Source: Amoebophrya sp. A120
Taxonomy: Eukaryota; Protista; Dinoflagellata
DNA length: 64,000 nucleotides
Direction: 5' to 3'
NCBI GenBank assembly: GCA_905178155.1
Contig: CAJINV010000001.1
Span: 13,080,635-13,144,634 of the forward strand
Shown here: piece after piece, positions 33,580 through 46,215 of the stretch
Numbering within the stretch: the stretch's first letter is position 1
Layout: the number at the start of each line of letters is the position of its first letter
Notes under the pieces: generated by a model
The model's database searches: none
Seen by the model: the letters and a program-made list of their open reading frames with translations, nothing else
What the model was told of the DNA's origin: nothing
Made by a program: the position numbers and the translations under genes

Positions 33580-34329
33580 TCAGTAACTACCCGAAGGAGC
33601 CCCCTCGGCTCCACTGACGACCCGTGTGAGTTCACATTCCAAGTGCGGCAACGGCTCGGCATCTTCCGATTCCACCGCCAAGCCGCACTTGTATCGCATG
33701 GTGTCGGGACCTAGACTCTCAAACACACGCGAGTACGCCGTGGTCTGCTTGCCCTTCGCCCCTGGTCCGTGCTTGAAGCTATTCTGCTTTTTCGACGCCA
33801 ACAGCGACAGCGTCTTTTCGTCTTTCGACAGTGTGCCTACGCTGATTTCCATGAGACTGAAGGGGTGAATGAAATTCCCTTCGACCGGATAATCTTCCGC
33901 ATCGGTCGGTGCGTCCGCAGGGGGTGGCAAAAACTTGATGCAGCCGCTCTCCACATGAAGGGCAACCTGTGAGAAGTTCGTTTCCTCATGTACTTGTACG
34001 TTATCAGCGCACACAATAATTCTTCATGGACGACTTTTTGGTCATTGGAATCTGCATCAAGTGGCTCTCAGAATCATAGTTTTGTTTTCTTCAAAATCAC
34101 ATGCGCCGCTCGTGCGTACCTTCTTCGTTTCCTCGGGATCATTTGGATCATACAGCCAGGTTTGGCGGTGGTACCAATAGTGCTGATGCTTTCCCTGCCT
34201 TTCCACAGTCATCTCCTCCAAGTAATGCACCCTTGTCTCGCCTGTGGAAATTGCGATGGATTTCCCCTTCCCCCGCCACTTTCCTTCAATGAAAAGCACT
34301 GGGGGCTGTGCGGTCTCCTGCGTTGCCAT
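33580..34329 (-). CDS. Nitrobindin/THAP4-like heme-binding beta-barrel (DUF1794); intron 33967-34119
   Basis: FIEGKWRGKG...YLEEMTV, LHVESGCIK, HPFSLMEISVG, PHLECELTRV; phase-0 GT-AG intron. Confidence 0.85.
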
Positions 34330-34878
34330 TTTCTTTTGTTTTAATTAAGATTAAGTAGAGATCGTTTACAACTGCAAATTGATGAAATTTTCTACTTCTT
34401 ACAACTTTTCGCAACTTAAGGACTATTTATGTCTTGTATCCCTCAACTTATTCTGAAGACGCTCCTGAGAGCAAATCTCTACAACTCAAGGGAACGGAAA
34501 GTGAGATGATCACTCAATCAATTTTACGTAGTCCGTTCTTACTCGTGACATCGGCTGCACAAGCACAGGAGCTGGAGCAACCTCCTACTAAGCTTGTACT
34601 TCTTACTCACACCCAGTACACCCAGTAGGGAACAACGAACCGAACCCGCCCAACTAGAAAAGAAGACTAACAGAAGACCAGAATGGCGAGGGGAACATAT
34701 TGGTAAAAATCGTTTAGATTTTTACGACTTTCATGTCTGGAGCTGCTCGAGTCTGTAAGACGTACGTGTCAGCCCCGCGCTGTTCGTGTCAGCCTCGTCT
34801 ATCTTCTTCTGCACCTGGGGCTGGGCGGCTTGTTTCAAACAAGTTTGATTGCCTTCATTAAATTTACAGTTATGCGTG

Positions 34879-35421
34879 TTATCTGTCTTCTGCTTTTGAG
34901 TTTGACGTTTGTGTCATGTGAGTTCTTGAGTCATTGTTCGTATTCGAAACACCGACAACACTGCTCGGTGTAGAAGTATTCACGATATATTTTTCGCTTT
35001 CTCCTCGGTGGTCGGTGGCACTTGCAGTTCCTTCGCGTATGACATCGCCTCGCTCAGCAACGCTTTCCGCCTCCGCCTTGAGCCTCGCTGCCTTCTGTTG
35101 TTCCTTTTGCTCTTGCTCATACTGCTTGAAAACGTCATCAGGGTCGTAGAAGCTCATGCCAATCTGCGCAACCAGGCCATTCGTGAAATTTTCGTGCCGC
35201 AGTTGGAACTTTTTCCACGACCGGTCCAGCTCCGCCGACATGCTACCTCGGCTCCACAACTCGGCCAGCCGTTTACGTCTTTTCAAAGTTTCTTCGTCGA
35301 CACCAGCGCTGTCAACTGCGGAAAGCTGCGGTAATGTTGAAGTGGCGAGAAGATTGTCGCCACTTCTGCCTTTAGAACCTGCATGAGCATCCGCGTTTCT
35401 GTCCAAACCTAACGCTGCCAT
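34879..35421 (-). CDS. Hypothetical protein, 180 aa
   Basis: ATG ORF on the local coding strand with a charged helical segment; no recognised domain. Confidence 0.6.
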   Translation of the reverse strand: MAALGLDRNADAHAGSKGRSGDNLLATSTLPQLSAVDSAGVDEETLKRRKRLAELWSRGSMSAELDRSWKKFQLRHENFTNGLVAQIGMSFYDPDDVFKQYEQEQKEQQKAARLKAEAESVAERGDVIREGTASATDHRGESEKYIVNTSTPSSVVGVSNTNNDSRTHMTQTSNSKAEDR

Positions 35422-36337
35422 TTTGGTTCTCGACCTGGTCCTGCTCTCTTTAGCTTTTGCAAGGATACCTTGTTTTCACTTTGGCTTTCTTCGAGTTCGA
35501 ATGGAAATAAGACTTATTTCAGCGTATATCTAAAAAAAGCATGATCGATTCGTTGACTTTCCGAGGCTGTCGTGCGCGTCCCTTTCTCTGTGTGTAGGTA
35601 GCGGAAAAGATGAAACACGAGGGGACGATCCTGGTGTGCGTGTGGTCCTGCAGGTTTAGGCAAACAAAATGACAATGACCGAGAATTCTCGACTAATATC
35701 ACGATTTTCACCATACGATTACGATTTTTGTAATAACGATATCAGCGAGATAATGGAGAGGTGGAACACGACCTTCCGAGCCGATCGCGTCTTGATGTTT
35801 GGTGGAACTCTACTGGAAACTGGGGCACAAAGCTGCATCTCGTGTTGGTGATCTACGAGTAGCAGGTGACGATGAGACAAATCTGGAATCTTTTCCTGAG
35901 AATCACTTCCACTACCTCACGACTTCTACTACTGGCAAAAACTCGACCGAACTCGAAGAGCAGAACAATTAGCTTCATATTCATGAGCGTTCCGAATCCG
36001 ACGTTCTAGAGAACACCGCGGTCTACTAATAGCACAGTTGCACCAGCCAGGCAGCGTCTTTGAAATCAGATACCAAAGACAACGAAGCCCCTTTCTCCGC
36101 CTTTGAATTTGCTGTATTTGTTAGATTCGTCTGACCTTCTTCCATTGTTCGTTGTATTTTGCGTTTTATATGTAAGTACGTTTGGATTGTCGTCAAGGGC
36201 ATGGGCAGCTGCAAGCATGATCTCGTTTACTGACGTAATATTCGGCATTTTTCACATAAAGGCTCATGGTTCACTCAAGAAACAGCTGGAGTGGAAGCAA
36301 TTCGTTTATCCATTTCAACCAGAAGCATTTACTGAAA

Positions 36338-39300
36338 TCATTCCTCATCGTCGTCACTGTCAAGTTTGCCAATGCCAGCGCGTCGAATCCGCCGCTGGCG
36401 AGCCTTTTGTCGTTCTAGCTCCGCTGGATCCCCTACCTCGCTTGACGAGGCACTGGAATTATTGCGATCGGCGCCAACAGCTCCCGTGGCTTGCTGGAGA
36501 GAACTACGGTCTTGGAGGTTCATGTCGTACGAATGGTTCGCCGTGCCTTTAGACCTCTTGAAATTGAACACCGGCTCGTCGTCGCTGTCGCTATCATCTT
36601 CATTGTTCTGCAGCTGTTGTGCGCGCTGGCCCTGCCGCAACATCCGACGCGCCGCGCGATTGGACGCCGGAGGCAAGAAGTCGCCGGAAGAGGCCGTGGG
36701 AGCAGGACGCGTTGCATTTCTTGAGGCAGCAGCCCCCCCAAAATCCATGTTTTGTTCCATGAACTCCAGGTCCCTTCGCAGCTCTTCCTGCTCCCGCCGC
36801 TCTCGTCGACGGCGCTTTTCTCTCTCTTTTTCTTTTCGCCTTTGTTTGTCCTCGGCGTCAACCGCATGCTGCTGGTGCTCTCGTTTGCGCTTTTGACTGG
36901 TTGGCACGGCTGGAGCAACGAAAGCTTCATCGCCATCTTCGCCATCGAAAAGGTCGATATGCTCATTCAGCTGGAGGGATTTCTTGTCTTTTGACCTGTC
37001 GGCGTTCTGCTCATCATGTGCAGATGAATGTCGCGCCCTTTTTGCCCTTTTCTCCTTCTCCTGCGGCTCTTTTCTAGCTGTTCTTCGCCGCTTCTTGTCG
37101 CTAATTCGAGCCTCATCCTCCTCATCAAGTGCAGAGATTACGGGCTGACCACCGCGGGAGCTGCTACTTATGTGGTACGACTGCCCGGGCTTGAGAGGTT
37201 TATTCATTTGTCGCCTCGTCGTTCGTTCCAGTTGCTCGGCAGTTTCTGCTTCCCTTGCGCGCTCCTCCAGCTCCAGCTCTTCCGGAAAAGCGAAGTTTGG
37301 ATCCGCGATAGAAGCAGTGCCGAGTTGGTGCAAATGCGTGAACCAGTCCCGGAAACCTGGCTCCTGCTCGGTGCGAATATTTGCCCACAAATCTGCACTC
37401 GTGGCGGATTGCGCTTGCTTCAGCCAGTCTTTGCGCATGCTGCGAAAACTTGCGTACTTGATGACTGCCGGCGGTGGGGCTGGTGCAGCAGGTGGATTTC
37501 GATTCTCTGACATCTGGTGCACAACTTCTTGATCAGTCGCCAAGAGTTTGCCGGTGCGGCTTGCTTCACGGCGGCCTGGTTGTTGAAGTTCATCTTCGTT
37601 GGCTGCTCCCACTACGCTCGCAAGGAAATTAGAAAGCAGGTCGGCTGATCCGCCCGCTGCATCGCTATTTTGATCGACCAGGGAAGCAGGCGCCTTGTCC
37701 TCCCTAGTCTCACCTGAATCCAGTAACGCAAAAACTTCGTCGACCTCATCGTAGGAGCGCTGCGATGACGGAGCAGGTGCAGGTGCGGTCTTCTGACTCT
37801 GGGGAGTGCGTGATGTTGGTACCGATTCGGCGCTGCCTTTTCGTGTCTTCTGCGGTCCTTTGTTTTTCCCGCGAAAAGAAGAGTCTTGATCTTGCTCCTG
37901 CTTGTCGTGCTTCTCTTGTTGGTGCACATGTTCATTTCCGGCTTTCGCCGAGGCGGGCCCTGGCTGCAATCTTGGGCTTCGTTTGACCTCTCCGGCTTCC
38001 AGAGCGGCGAAACCTTGCCGAAAGAACGCGAGTCCTCGCTGCTCTGCGCTGTCTTCCATCTCTTCCTCGGAAGATTCTTCCGCTCCTTCCTTGCTTCTTT
38101 CGCCGTGATGTGCAGCTTTGCTGCTGCTTCGCGGACGTTGGTGTGAGCTCGCATCTTGGTTGGATTTTTGCCCGCGGCCTGCTCCGGAAAAACCTCTTCC
38201 TGCTGAGCCTGGACTGCCGCCTGCTGGACTCTCACCATCTCCTGTACCACCCGCCTTGTTACGGATTGTTTCAAAGAGCTTTTGTTTTCTCTCTTGCTCT
38301 GACAAACCCTGAAATTGTTTGCTATTCGCAGGCTCAAAAAACAACGACGGCTTTTTCTGCTCCGCCTCACTTTTCGCATTCGCGGAACGGTCTGCGCCGG
38401 GTCCGGCACCGCCCTCTTGCACATGCTTCGACTTTGATGACGAGGACTTTGCAGCTCGGCTACGTTCGTTTACGGTAATTCCGGCACCCGCATGCGTCTT
38501 TTGATGAGTTGCGGCTCCTGCATTCCCCTTGACCACCTTGCTCGACGTACTTGCAGCAGCTAATCCTCCCGTCAGCTTGTTGTTTTGCTCCGCGGATAAA
38601 TTGGACTGAGACTCGTCTACTTTCGGAAACGCGTTGTCGCCCCAGGCTTTCCGGATTTCCTTCACGAAAGCCGCCCGTATTTCCGCTGTCTTTGCCGCTT
38701 TCTCTTTCGCCAGACGTGCTTGTTCTTCGGCTTCTTGCTCCGCGGTCTTGAGCTGTTGAAGATACCTCCGATTAGGAGGACCCAGCGGAGCCTGCTGTTG
38801 ACTCGGAAAAGCCCCCCCGGTAGCTGTACTCGCAGTCGCAGTCGGATTTACTACTTTCGTGCCCCTCAGCTGGAAGAACTTAGGTCCCCCAATAAATGCG
38901 CTTTGGGCGGCGGAACTCGTCGTGCTGGTTTTCCGGAAAATTTCGGCGAAGTCGCTGTTGATCTTGTACACCAGCTCGGAGTCCACGGCCGCCGGGTTCA
39001 CGCGGTTGGACTTGGGCAAGCCCTCGAGCATATCCCAGAGAAAAAAGCTGGCAGGGCATATTTGTAATGCAAAAATAAATACACACAGAAACTTGTCATG
39101 GGTGGCCCATAGCATGGTGTTTCGGATACGCAATACAGATTTTTTTGTGTGTTTATTTTTGCATTACAAATATGCCGTGCCCGCTTTTTTCTGTGTGATA
39201 GAGCAACCGGCCGAGACTCCGGACCCACTCGTCCTCGTCCCGGACCGCGGCGTCGATGATGCGCACGAGTTTTTTCGCCCAGGCCGCGAGGGTGGCTCGC

Positions 39301-39608
39301 CCGACGTTGGTCCACATGCGGCGGAGGATGTTCTTCTTCTGCAGCGTCGAAAAGTCGCTCCAGTTGCGCGCCTTCTGGTCGACCTGCGGAAACGGGTCCG
39401 GGACCCGGATGGCGGCAGGAGGAGCGACGGGTGATTGAGCATGCTGTTCGATTGCGAAGTTGCTGCCGCGTCCGGAGGTACCGTTTGGAGAAGCATCTTC
39501 TGCTGCCCGCTCGGTCGCATTGGCATTGATATTCAGATCTACAAGACTTTCTGGATTCTGAGAAGACAGATACAAGTTTTTGTTTTGGAAGGCGTACATA
39601 GAGCTCAT
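36338..39608 (-). CDS. ~1030-aa protein with NELF-A N-terminal-like domain and long charged disordered region
   Basis: ORFs 39153-39608 and 36338-39133 join after removing introner 39031-39200 plus its repeat: ...IIDAAVRDEDEWVRSLGRLLEGLPKSNRVN. Confidence 0.75.
39031..39200. mobile_element. Introner (170 bp), TSD GAGCA
   Basis: About 60-bp TIR starting tatcccagagaaaaaagctggcagggcatatttgtaatgcaaaaataaa; GAGCA at 39026-39030 and 39201-39205; frame restored. Confidence 0.94.
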
Positions 39609-40209
39609 GCTTTCAATCCTCAGAAATGGAGCGCAAATTCTACTTGTTCGCGATTTAGACTACAACTAGATGGCTAGCAAGTCATCCGTAAACAGCACAA
39701 GAATAGCGAGTACGGATTTTGCTCTACATTTATTTTGTTTTTCTACCGCTGTCAGTTTTGATAGTAGCTACTGGGTTTCAACTGTTGGTGGTGCCAAAGA
39801 ACTGATATGGTTGACTTCGTCGACAACGAGGAACTTTTCTGTCACTCTCCTAAACTCTCGAAAGGGTGCAGGTGTCCCGTAAGGTGATACAGATGATGGT
39901 GTTCCTCTGTGTAGATTTAGGTCAAACCAGCGACAGCGACATCAATGTGTTGCCTCATACCATGAGATAGAATATTTTTTTTGCAATGAACAGCCTGCTT
40001 TTCATTTTTGAAGACCAAGAAGCTAAACTTCCCTCACAGGCCGGTAAAATACATACAAAGCCAAAACCAAAAGTGTGGGTCATTATCGCACGAGATGTGC
40101 GGAGCAAATCACTGCAATCTGGAGCACTAGTAATGAAATCCATCGCTTGTTTTGAAAAACGACGACTGCCAAGACATGCTTTCTGTTTGGCTGCATTCCG
40201 ATTCGCCAA

Positions 40210-41733
40210 TCAAGCAGCAAAAAGAAAAGTCGCTGTGTAGACATTCTTGTCTTTGTCGTAAATTAAGTCCACAATTTTTGCCTTTCTGCTCCGGGCTCTT
40301 TGGCCCGGAGGGTGCAGCTCCACAATGCGTGTCTTGTTTCCACGAGTGCTTACCCCCACAATTCCAACCTCGGTTTGTAAATTTTCAGCCTGGAAAGCGC
40401 TGAACAACTTGGACAGACCCGCCGGCTTGATGTTGTCCCAGACAAATTTCGTCCTGGTCGGCCACGCTTCTGCGTCCACGGCGGAAAGCTTCTTGTCGAA
40501 TCCGAGATAAGAACCGTTGTGAAATTTTTTGTCAATTAGGCTGTCAGGCTTGCAATATTTGATCTCGTCCTCAATGCCAAAGCTCTTCGTCCCAACAGGC
40601 AAGAGACTAACGCCCTCCGTAATCTCCTGCCGGATGAATTGATTGCCAGCGTTGTCGTAGTGTTTGTCGTAGTGGGTGGAAGCCTTGTCTCCCTTCTTGC
40701 TGTAGTGCACAGGTGCAACATCAGAAGGACCGAGTGGCTTTACTAGCCAACTGGTGCCGTGCGAGGAGTACTGCCATCCTGCTACCACAACGGGATGCTT
40801 TTTACCGACGAAATCTTCGCGGAAAGTGTTTGCAGCGCAAGCGCGGACGAGTTCCTTGGTCAGAGAAAAGGAAGTGCTAACGACGGGCCCGACTTTCATT
40901 ATCAGGCGCTTGATGTCATTAATGGACATGTCCTTCGCAGTTGTCAAAACTTTGTGATTAGTGATTTCTTCCATCGCTGACGACAACCATTTTCCGGGTT
41001 CTTTCCCGCAAACAATGTGCGCACTCCAGTTGATCGCCATCAAGCACGCGGAGTGCTCCAGAGAAGATGTTGCTTCGCTTACCACTCCCAACACTTCTCC
41101 TTTGCTCTGCAACGCACCCTCGCGTCGCACGAACTTTTTATACTTCCAAAGGCTCATCCAGGAAGAGCTGTCCCCCAGCTTTATTTTCGCGTAGTTCTCG
41201 AAAAGGTTGAAGCTCATCGGAAGGTTGCTACCGGCGTCCGCACCCTCGTCGTTGTGCCTCGCGCTGGCGCGGTCCCGTTCTTGCTCGCCTGCTTCGGAAG
41301 CGCCGACGCTTGATTTTTTGGGTGCGGCCAAACAGGCAGAAACGAAGTCGTCCAATCCCTGGCACAAAGCTGACGCCTCGGATTCGTCCGCGTGTTTGCT
41401 TGGCGCCAATCGTTGTTTCAATGCCCGGAGAGCACGACTCCGCGGCACCTCTCTGGTGAACTCCCCGGCCTCAAAATCTGGGGAAGCTAGCTGCAGAAGA
41501 GCGACACAGCTCGCATGGGATTTTGGCTGCTCCATGGCGCGTCTCACAGAAGCCAGGAATAATTTAGCGAAAGGGTCCTCAGCGGGACGAGACGAGGTCG
41601 AGGCAGCAGATCCCGCAGCCCCCGCCCCATCAGCTGCAGTTTTGTCCTTGTCCCACGTACTCTTCTTGGCCCCCGAGGACGACGCATTTTTCGCGCTGTC
41701 CGTCTTCTGTTTCTTCCTGTTTGGAGAGGGCAT
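40210..41733 (-). CDS. Paralog 1: degenerate J-like segment plus papain-fold (C1-like) domain
   Basis: KQRLAPSKH; IKRLIMKVGPVVSTSF; HPVVVAGW...WLVKPLGP; ELHPPGQRA; homologous to the next two genes. Confidence 0.8.
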   Translation of the reverse strand: MPSPNRKKQKTDSAKNASSSGAKKSTWDKDKTAADGAGAAGSAASTSSRPAEDPFAKLFLASVRRAMEQPKSHASCVALLQLASPDFEAGEFTREVPRSRALRALKQRLAPSKHADESEASALCQGLDDFVSACLAAPKKSSVGASEAGEQERDRASARHNDEGADAGSNLPMSFNLFENYAKIKLGDSSSWMSLWKYKKFVRREGALQSKGEVLGVVSEATSSLEHSACLMAINWSAHIVCGKEPGKWLSSAMEEITNHKVLTTAKDMSINDIKRLIMKVGPVVSTSFSLTKELVRACAANTFREDFVGKKHPVVVAGWQYSSHGTSWLVKPLGPSDVAPVHYSKKGDKASTHYDKHYDNAGNQFIRQEITEGVSLLPVGTKSFGIEDEIKYCKPDSLIDKKFHNGSYLGFDKKLSAVDAEAWPTRTKFVWDNIKPAGLSKLFSAFQAENLQTEVGIVGVSTRGNKTRIVELHPPGQRARSRKAKIVDLIYDKDKNVYTATFLFAA

Positions 41734-43177
41734 CTTTTTAACGATGATGGTGCGCACGTCTACAGGCACTAGTGGGCGTAGTCTAACGCTGTGCAAGAAA
41801 CGCAACGTAAAGTTGATTTCAGTTTTCTTTGCTTTTCCAATTCCTTATCCATCTATTCCACAGTTTCAGATGTGACAGAGATGTTGATTCTGGTCCTTGC
41901 TTAACTGCCCTATCCCTATGATCTGGAGGATCTTACCAGCTGCAGCAGTGCCTGGAGGTAGTTTTCCTTGCTGCAATAGTTCCGCTTGCTGCGCCTGCAA
42001 AAAGAACTTTGCTTCAACAGTGGCTCATTCTCCACAAGGACAGGACAACCAAACTACTTGCTGCAATAAGATCGTCTTCCATCGAGAAGCTACAGTGATC
42101 TAACCCGCTGACTCTTGTGATCTGTCGAGAGTGTTGCTCTTTCTCCGACTCGTTTGCGTTTCGAGAGCGGCCCACGTGAGAGAAGCCAGAACGCCGAAAT
42201 CGGAATTGCTGCTTATGTGTACAAAAAGAAGCATCTGCAACTTCACTAGGAAAAGCAGACGGAGCACTGTTCGGCTTTTACTTTTACGTTTTCATGAAGA
42301 GGTAGATAAGGTTTGCTGGTTTCTGGGTTTTAGAAGAAGACTCACGCTGTTAGAAAAGTGGAGGCAACCCCGACCTTTCAGGCGGATCCTTACTATACCT
42401 TCTTCGTTTTTTCTTTTTCTATTGCTCCTATTTTGCACTCACCTTGTTTTCTGCCTAAGAGTGAAGAGAGGAAATGCAAGCTTTGCAAAAATAAATCATG
42501 GTGTACAGTGTGGCTGATCTGCGTCTGCTCGAATTATCAACTTCAACCTATAAATTAATCTGTTAACGGTCGGAATACGAATACTTAGTTTCGAAAACAA
42601 TATTTCGGTACTGCAATATCAATAAACAAGAATCTCTATGGTACAGTTGGAATTGAAGGTTCTGTCTTTGAATCTTGTGCGCGGTTGCAATTTTTCAGCT
42701 AATCGTAATCCACAGGTAAATAGTGAAGATTCACTTTGTTACCTTGTTCTCTTTTTCTTCTTGCAATGCTGTGAAACAAAAGACCACAAATGGAATGATA
42801 CTTCAATTTTTTGTGAAAGCGCGATAATATTGAGAACTGCCAAAACGAAATTGAAATTTAGTAGAAATTGAAAGGTTTTGAATTCTGAAGTGATTTCATA
42901 AACTTGAAAAGTGTAAACCTAACAGTGGAAACTCAAACTGTAAATCAATCTCCTGTAAAAACAAACTACAACAACGAGAAACAAAAGCGATTTAGATCGA
43001 AACTTATCTTTCGTCGTAGCCGTACAGCTAGGTAGCGAGTAGGTACGTCAGTCGTGCGTACTACTTACTCAATGCTAAGCAAGCAAGCATCAATAAAGAA
43101 ATCGGCTCAACAATAGAAGAAGTAGAACTAGAAGAAAGACACGAATTTTCCCGATTCCGAACTCCTTCCTTCCCGGC

Positions 43178-45025
43178 CTACGTCATCGCGTCGAGCGCGA
43201 ACAAGGCCCGGAACTGCATGGTCTTTTCGTCGTAGTCCAGCTCCCGCAGCGCCGCCTTGCGACTGCAGGCCCGCATGCCCAGCTGGTGCAACTCCACCGA
43301 CGACGATTCCGTGGTCGCCGCATGGACGATCCCGTTCTTCCACGACTTCCCCGTCTTGGACGTGTTATCCTCCTCCGAGTACCGGGTCGCGGCAAACAAC
43401 TTCGGCAGGTCGGCCGCCGTACCGGTCCACTGGTACTTCGACAGCGTGCGCCAGCTGTTCTTCATGTGCTCCGGCAGCTCCTTCGTCAACCCCAAAAACG
43501 GTCCGGCCTGAAACGGTTGGTCCATTAGCATTTCCACGTTCACGGACTCAATCTCCTTGTTGATCCCGAACTGCCCGATGCTGACGGGGATCAGTTTCAC
43601 GCCCGGTTTGTTGGCCGCCGCCTTTTCCTTCCGCGGGGGGTCGCCGGCAGAGCCGAATTCGTCACTTCCGCGGATCTGCTTCATCTCCTGCTCCGGTTCC
43701 TTCTTGTGCCCCAGCGGGGCAATGTCGGAGGGGCCCAAGGGCTTCACCAGCCACGCCTCACCGAGTTTGGTGGTCGTCCACCCGCACAGCAGCACGGGGT
43801 GGTGCTTCCCGATGTAGTGCGCACGAAAGACCGCGCCCTGCAACCACACGGTGGGCGCGCAGACGCTCGCGAGGGATTTCGTGGGGACGAACTGCGTACT
43901 GATCACCGGGCCGTGCTTCAGGATCATCTCCTTGATCTCAATCGTGGTCAAATCGGTGTGGACGAAGAACTTTTCCTTCGCCTTCTGCTTGTCGGTCCGC
44001 TCCGCGACGAACCACTTGGCCAGTTTGCGCTTGTGCAACAACTGCGCGTTCCAGTTCAGGGCCATGACGCGGGCGTCGTGGTGCGCGTCCGCGGTGCGGC
44101 GGAAAAACTTGTTCCACTCCGTCGCATCCGCCAGTTCCTGGAACTCCGTCACTTCAAACGCGTTGAATTGCTCCGGCAACTTTTCACCGTTCCCCCCGGG
44201 CGGCACCGCGCCCTCGTCGCTCATCTCGTACGGTTGCAGCTGCTCCTCGGACACCTCTTCCTCGACGTGGCAGGCAAACAGCTCGTCCTCCTCTTCCTCG
44301 TCGCGGTAGCGCTTGCGGGACTGCGGATCAAAGACGTACGACGGCGGAGCTGAAGCACGAGCTGCGCCACCAGTAGAAGTAGTTGTATCCCGGCTGGTCA
44401 TGGTCTGCCGCGGGGTGGGAGCTTTCACGCACACGTTAACGTACTCGGTCATCGCCTGGAACACCTCGGTCGCAATCACGCGCGCCGCGGGGGTGTGCTT
44501 GTCCGGATGCACGCGCTTGTTAATCTCCATCAGTGCCTTCTTGCGCAACCCCTCGTCGTTGAAGTGCGCCAATTCGAAGTCCGGGGTGGCCAACTGCAGC
44601 AGGGACACACAGCCCTCCTTCGAGTGCGGTTCCTTCAGCGCGCGCTTCACGTTCGAGAGAAACAACATCACAAACTTGTCCACTTCTTCCGCGTCCTGTT
44701 GCTCAACAGCGGGTTTACCCGCAGTAGTACCATCGTCCCCGGCGGGCGGCGCGGCAGAAGTTGCAGCAGCTGCAGCCGTGGTCGGAGCCGCCGTAGAGGT
44801 AGCTGCAGTAATGGTCGGAGCGGCCGAGGTAGCAGTCATCGGCGGGGCCGGGCGCGGTCCGCCAACCGGGAGCGCCACGTTGCTCGACGAGGTCGTCGTG
44901 GACATCGGCGGGACCGTCTTCGTCCGCGCAAACCGAGAGTGCGCGGGCAACGGCCCGGCGCGTTTCTCGCCGGGCTTTTTCAACTGCTTGCCCGGGGAGG
45001 GCACCGGTTTAAAGGCGGGCCTCAT
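43178..45025 (-). CDS. Paralog 2: J-like HPD segment plus papain-fold domain
   Basis: KRVHPDKH; IKEMILKHGPVISTQF; HPVLLCGW...WLVKPLGP; GQFGINKEI. Confidence 0.85.
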   Translation of the reverse strand: MRPAFKPVPSPGKQLKKPGEKRAGPLPAHSRFARTKTVPPMSTTTSSSNVALPVGGPRPAPPMTATSAAPTITAATSTAAPTTAAAAATSAAPPAGDDGTTAGKPAVEQQDAEEVDKFVMLFLSNVKRALKEPHSKEGCVSLLQLATPDFELAHFNDEGLRKKALMEINKRVHPDKHTPAARVIATEVFQAMTEYVNVCVKAPTPRQTMTSRDTTTSTGGAARASAPPSYVFDPQSRKRYRDEEEEDELFACHVEEEVSEEQLQPYEMSDEGAVPPGGNGEKLPEQFNAFEVTEFQELADATEWNKFFRRTADAHHDARVMALNWNAQLLHKRKLAKWFVAERTDKQKAKEKFFVHTDLTTIEIKEMILKHGPVISTQFVPTKSLASVCAPTVWLQGAVFRAHYIGKHHPVLLCGWTTTKLGEAWLVKPLGPSDIAPLGHKKEPEQEMKQIRGSDEFGSAGDPPRKEKAAANKPGVKLIPVSIGQFGINKEIESVNVEMLMDQPFQAGPFLGLTKELPEHMKNSWRTLSKYQWTGTAADLPKLFAATRYSEEDNTSKTGKSWKNGIVHAATTESSSVELHQLGMRACSRKAALRELDYDEKTMQFRALFALDAMT

Positions 45026-46215
45026 GGTTTCTCGTCGTTCTTTGCTCTTCAGTCCCCTGTTGGCAAAGGAGGAGATGAGCTTGTACTTTCTGTGATGAAC
45101 AAACTTCTTGGCGTTGGATGGTCAGTCGCAGTGACGAGTTTAAGCGCCACACACGAAGACAAACGAAACCGAAAGAACGTAAGTGCTGCGCAAAGGAAAG
45201 CGGAAAAGCAAGCTGAAGTTGTTCTTGTCTTATGCAGGCGTGCGCTCTATCCAACTTAGTAAGATTTCTTTTTCCTTTATTTTTGATGAAAAAACTACAT
45301 CAAAAACCTCGACTAGTGGTGTGTCAGCAAATTCAGGAATTTGAAAAATTTTGATCGTTCTTTGATTTTCTTCTTGGCTCGACAGCGTAGAGAGCGACAG
45401 CTAGCCTCAACACGCACTGGAACGAAGACGACGGAGTAGAATACATAAAGCATAGTCCTTTTTTTTCTACGTCTCCGAAGACGAAAACGAAATGATATGT
45501 TCCCACGAAAACGACACACCAGCGACACACGTCAGATCTCCTCTCATTGCGGTAGTATCGATCCTTAATAGACGACCCTCGACGGAAGAGTCAGCTGATG
45601 ATCAGCAATGCTTTTATGTGCTATATTGGACGACCACGACCACGATGACGAACCTTACATAGATCTTTCACGATCTTTCGAATTCGGTATAAAAATCGGC
45701 TCGTTCTTGTCTAGTTCATCCATTCTCGAGCAAACGAATATCCATAATTTTCATTTCCACATGGTGAAATCGCAGTGGTATAAAACGCATTCGCGCCCGG
45801 CGCGAGCGCCAGCAAACCTGTTAATTGATTCCAACGAGACGCTGGATCTACCACAGCGGCTCCGTAAAATCTTTCGCACAGCAGCATCACGAGATGAACG
45901 ACTACGACAACTAAAACTGCATTGATCCATGTGGTTGATCGCAAAGCGTCAGCCGGCCTTTGCTTTTGATTTTGTGGCGAAAACGAAAAAAGAAAAACAA
46001 CATGCTTACTTTCTGTGAACCGAAAAAAGAAAGACCCATGGCCATGATTGGAACAACAGGAGCGGACACTTCTTGTATACCTTTCCAATTTCTTTTTCTG
46101 TTTATTGCGATCGTGATCCTACTGGTCGTTGTTCATTGTACTCACTATGTATATTCATTGATTCGCCGCGGCCGCCGTCAGCGTCGCTAGAGAACAAATC
46201 CAAATGAGGTCTACT

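Noticed and set aside
39031-39133. Hydrophobic N-terminus of the 931-aa ORF, resembling a signal peptide
   Set aside because: It is translated introner sequence.
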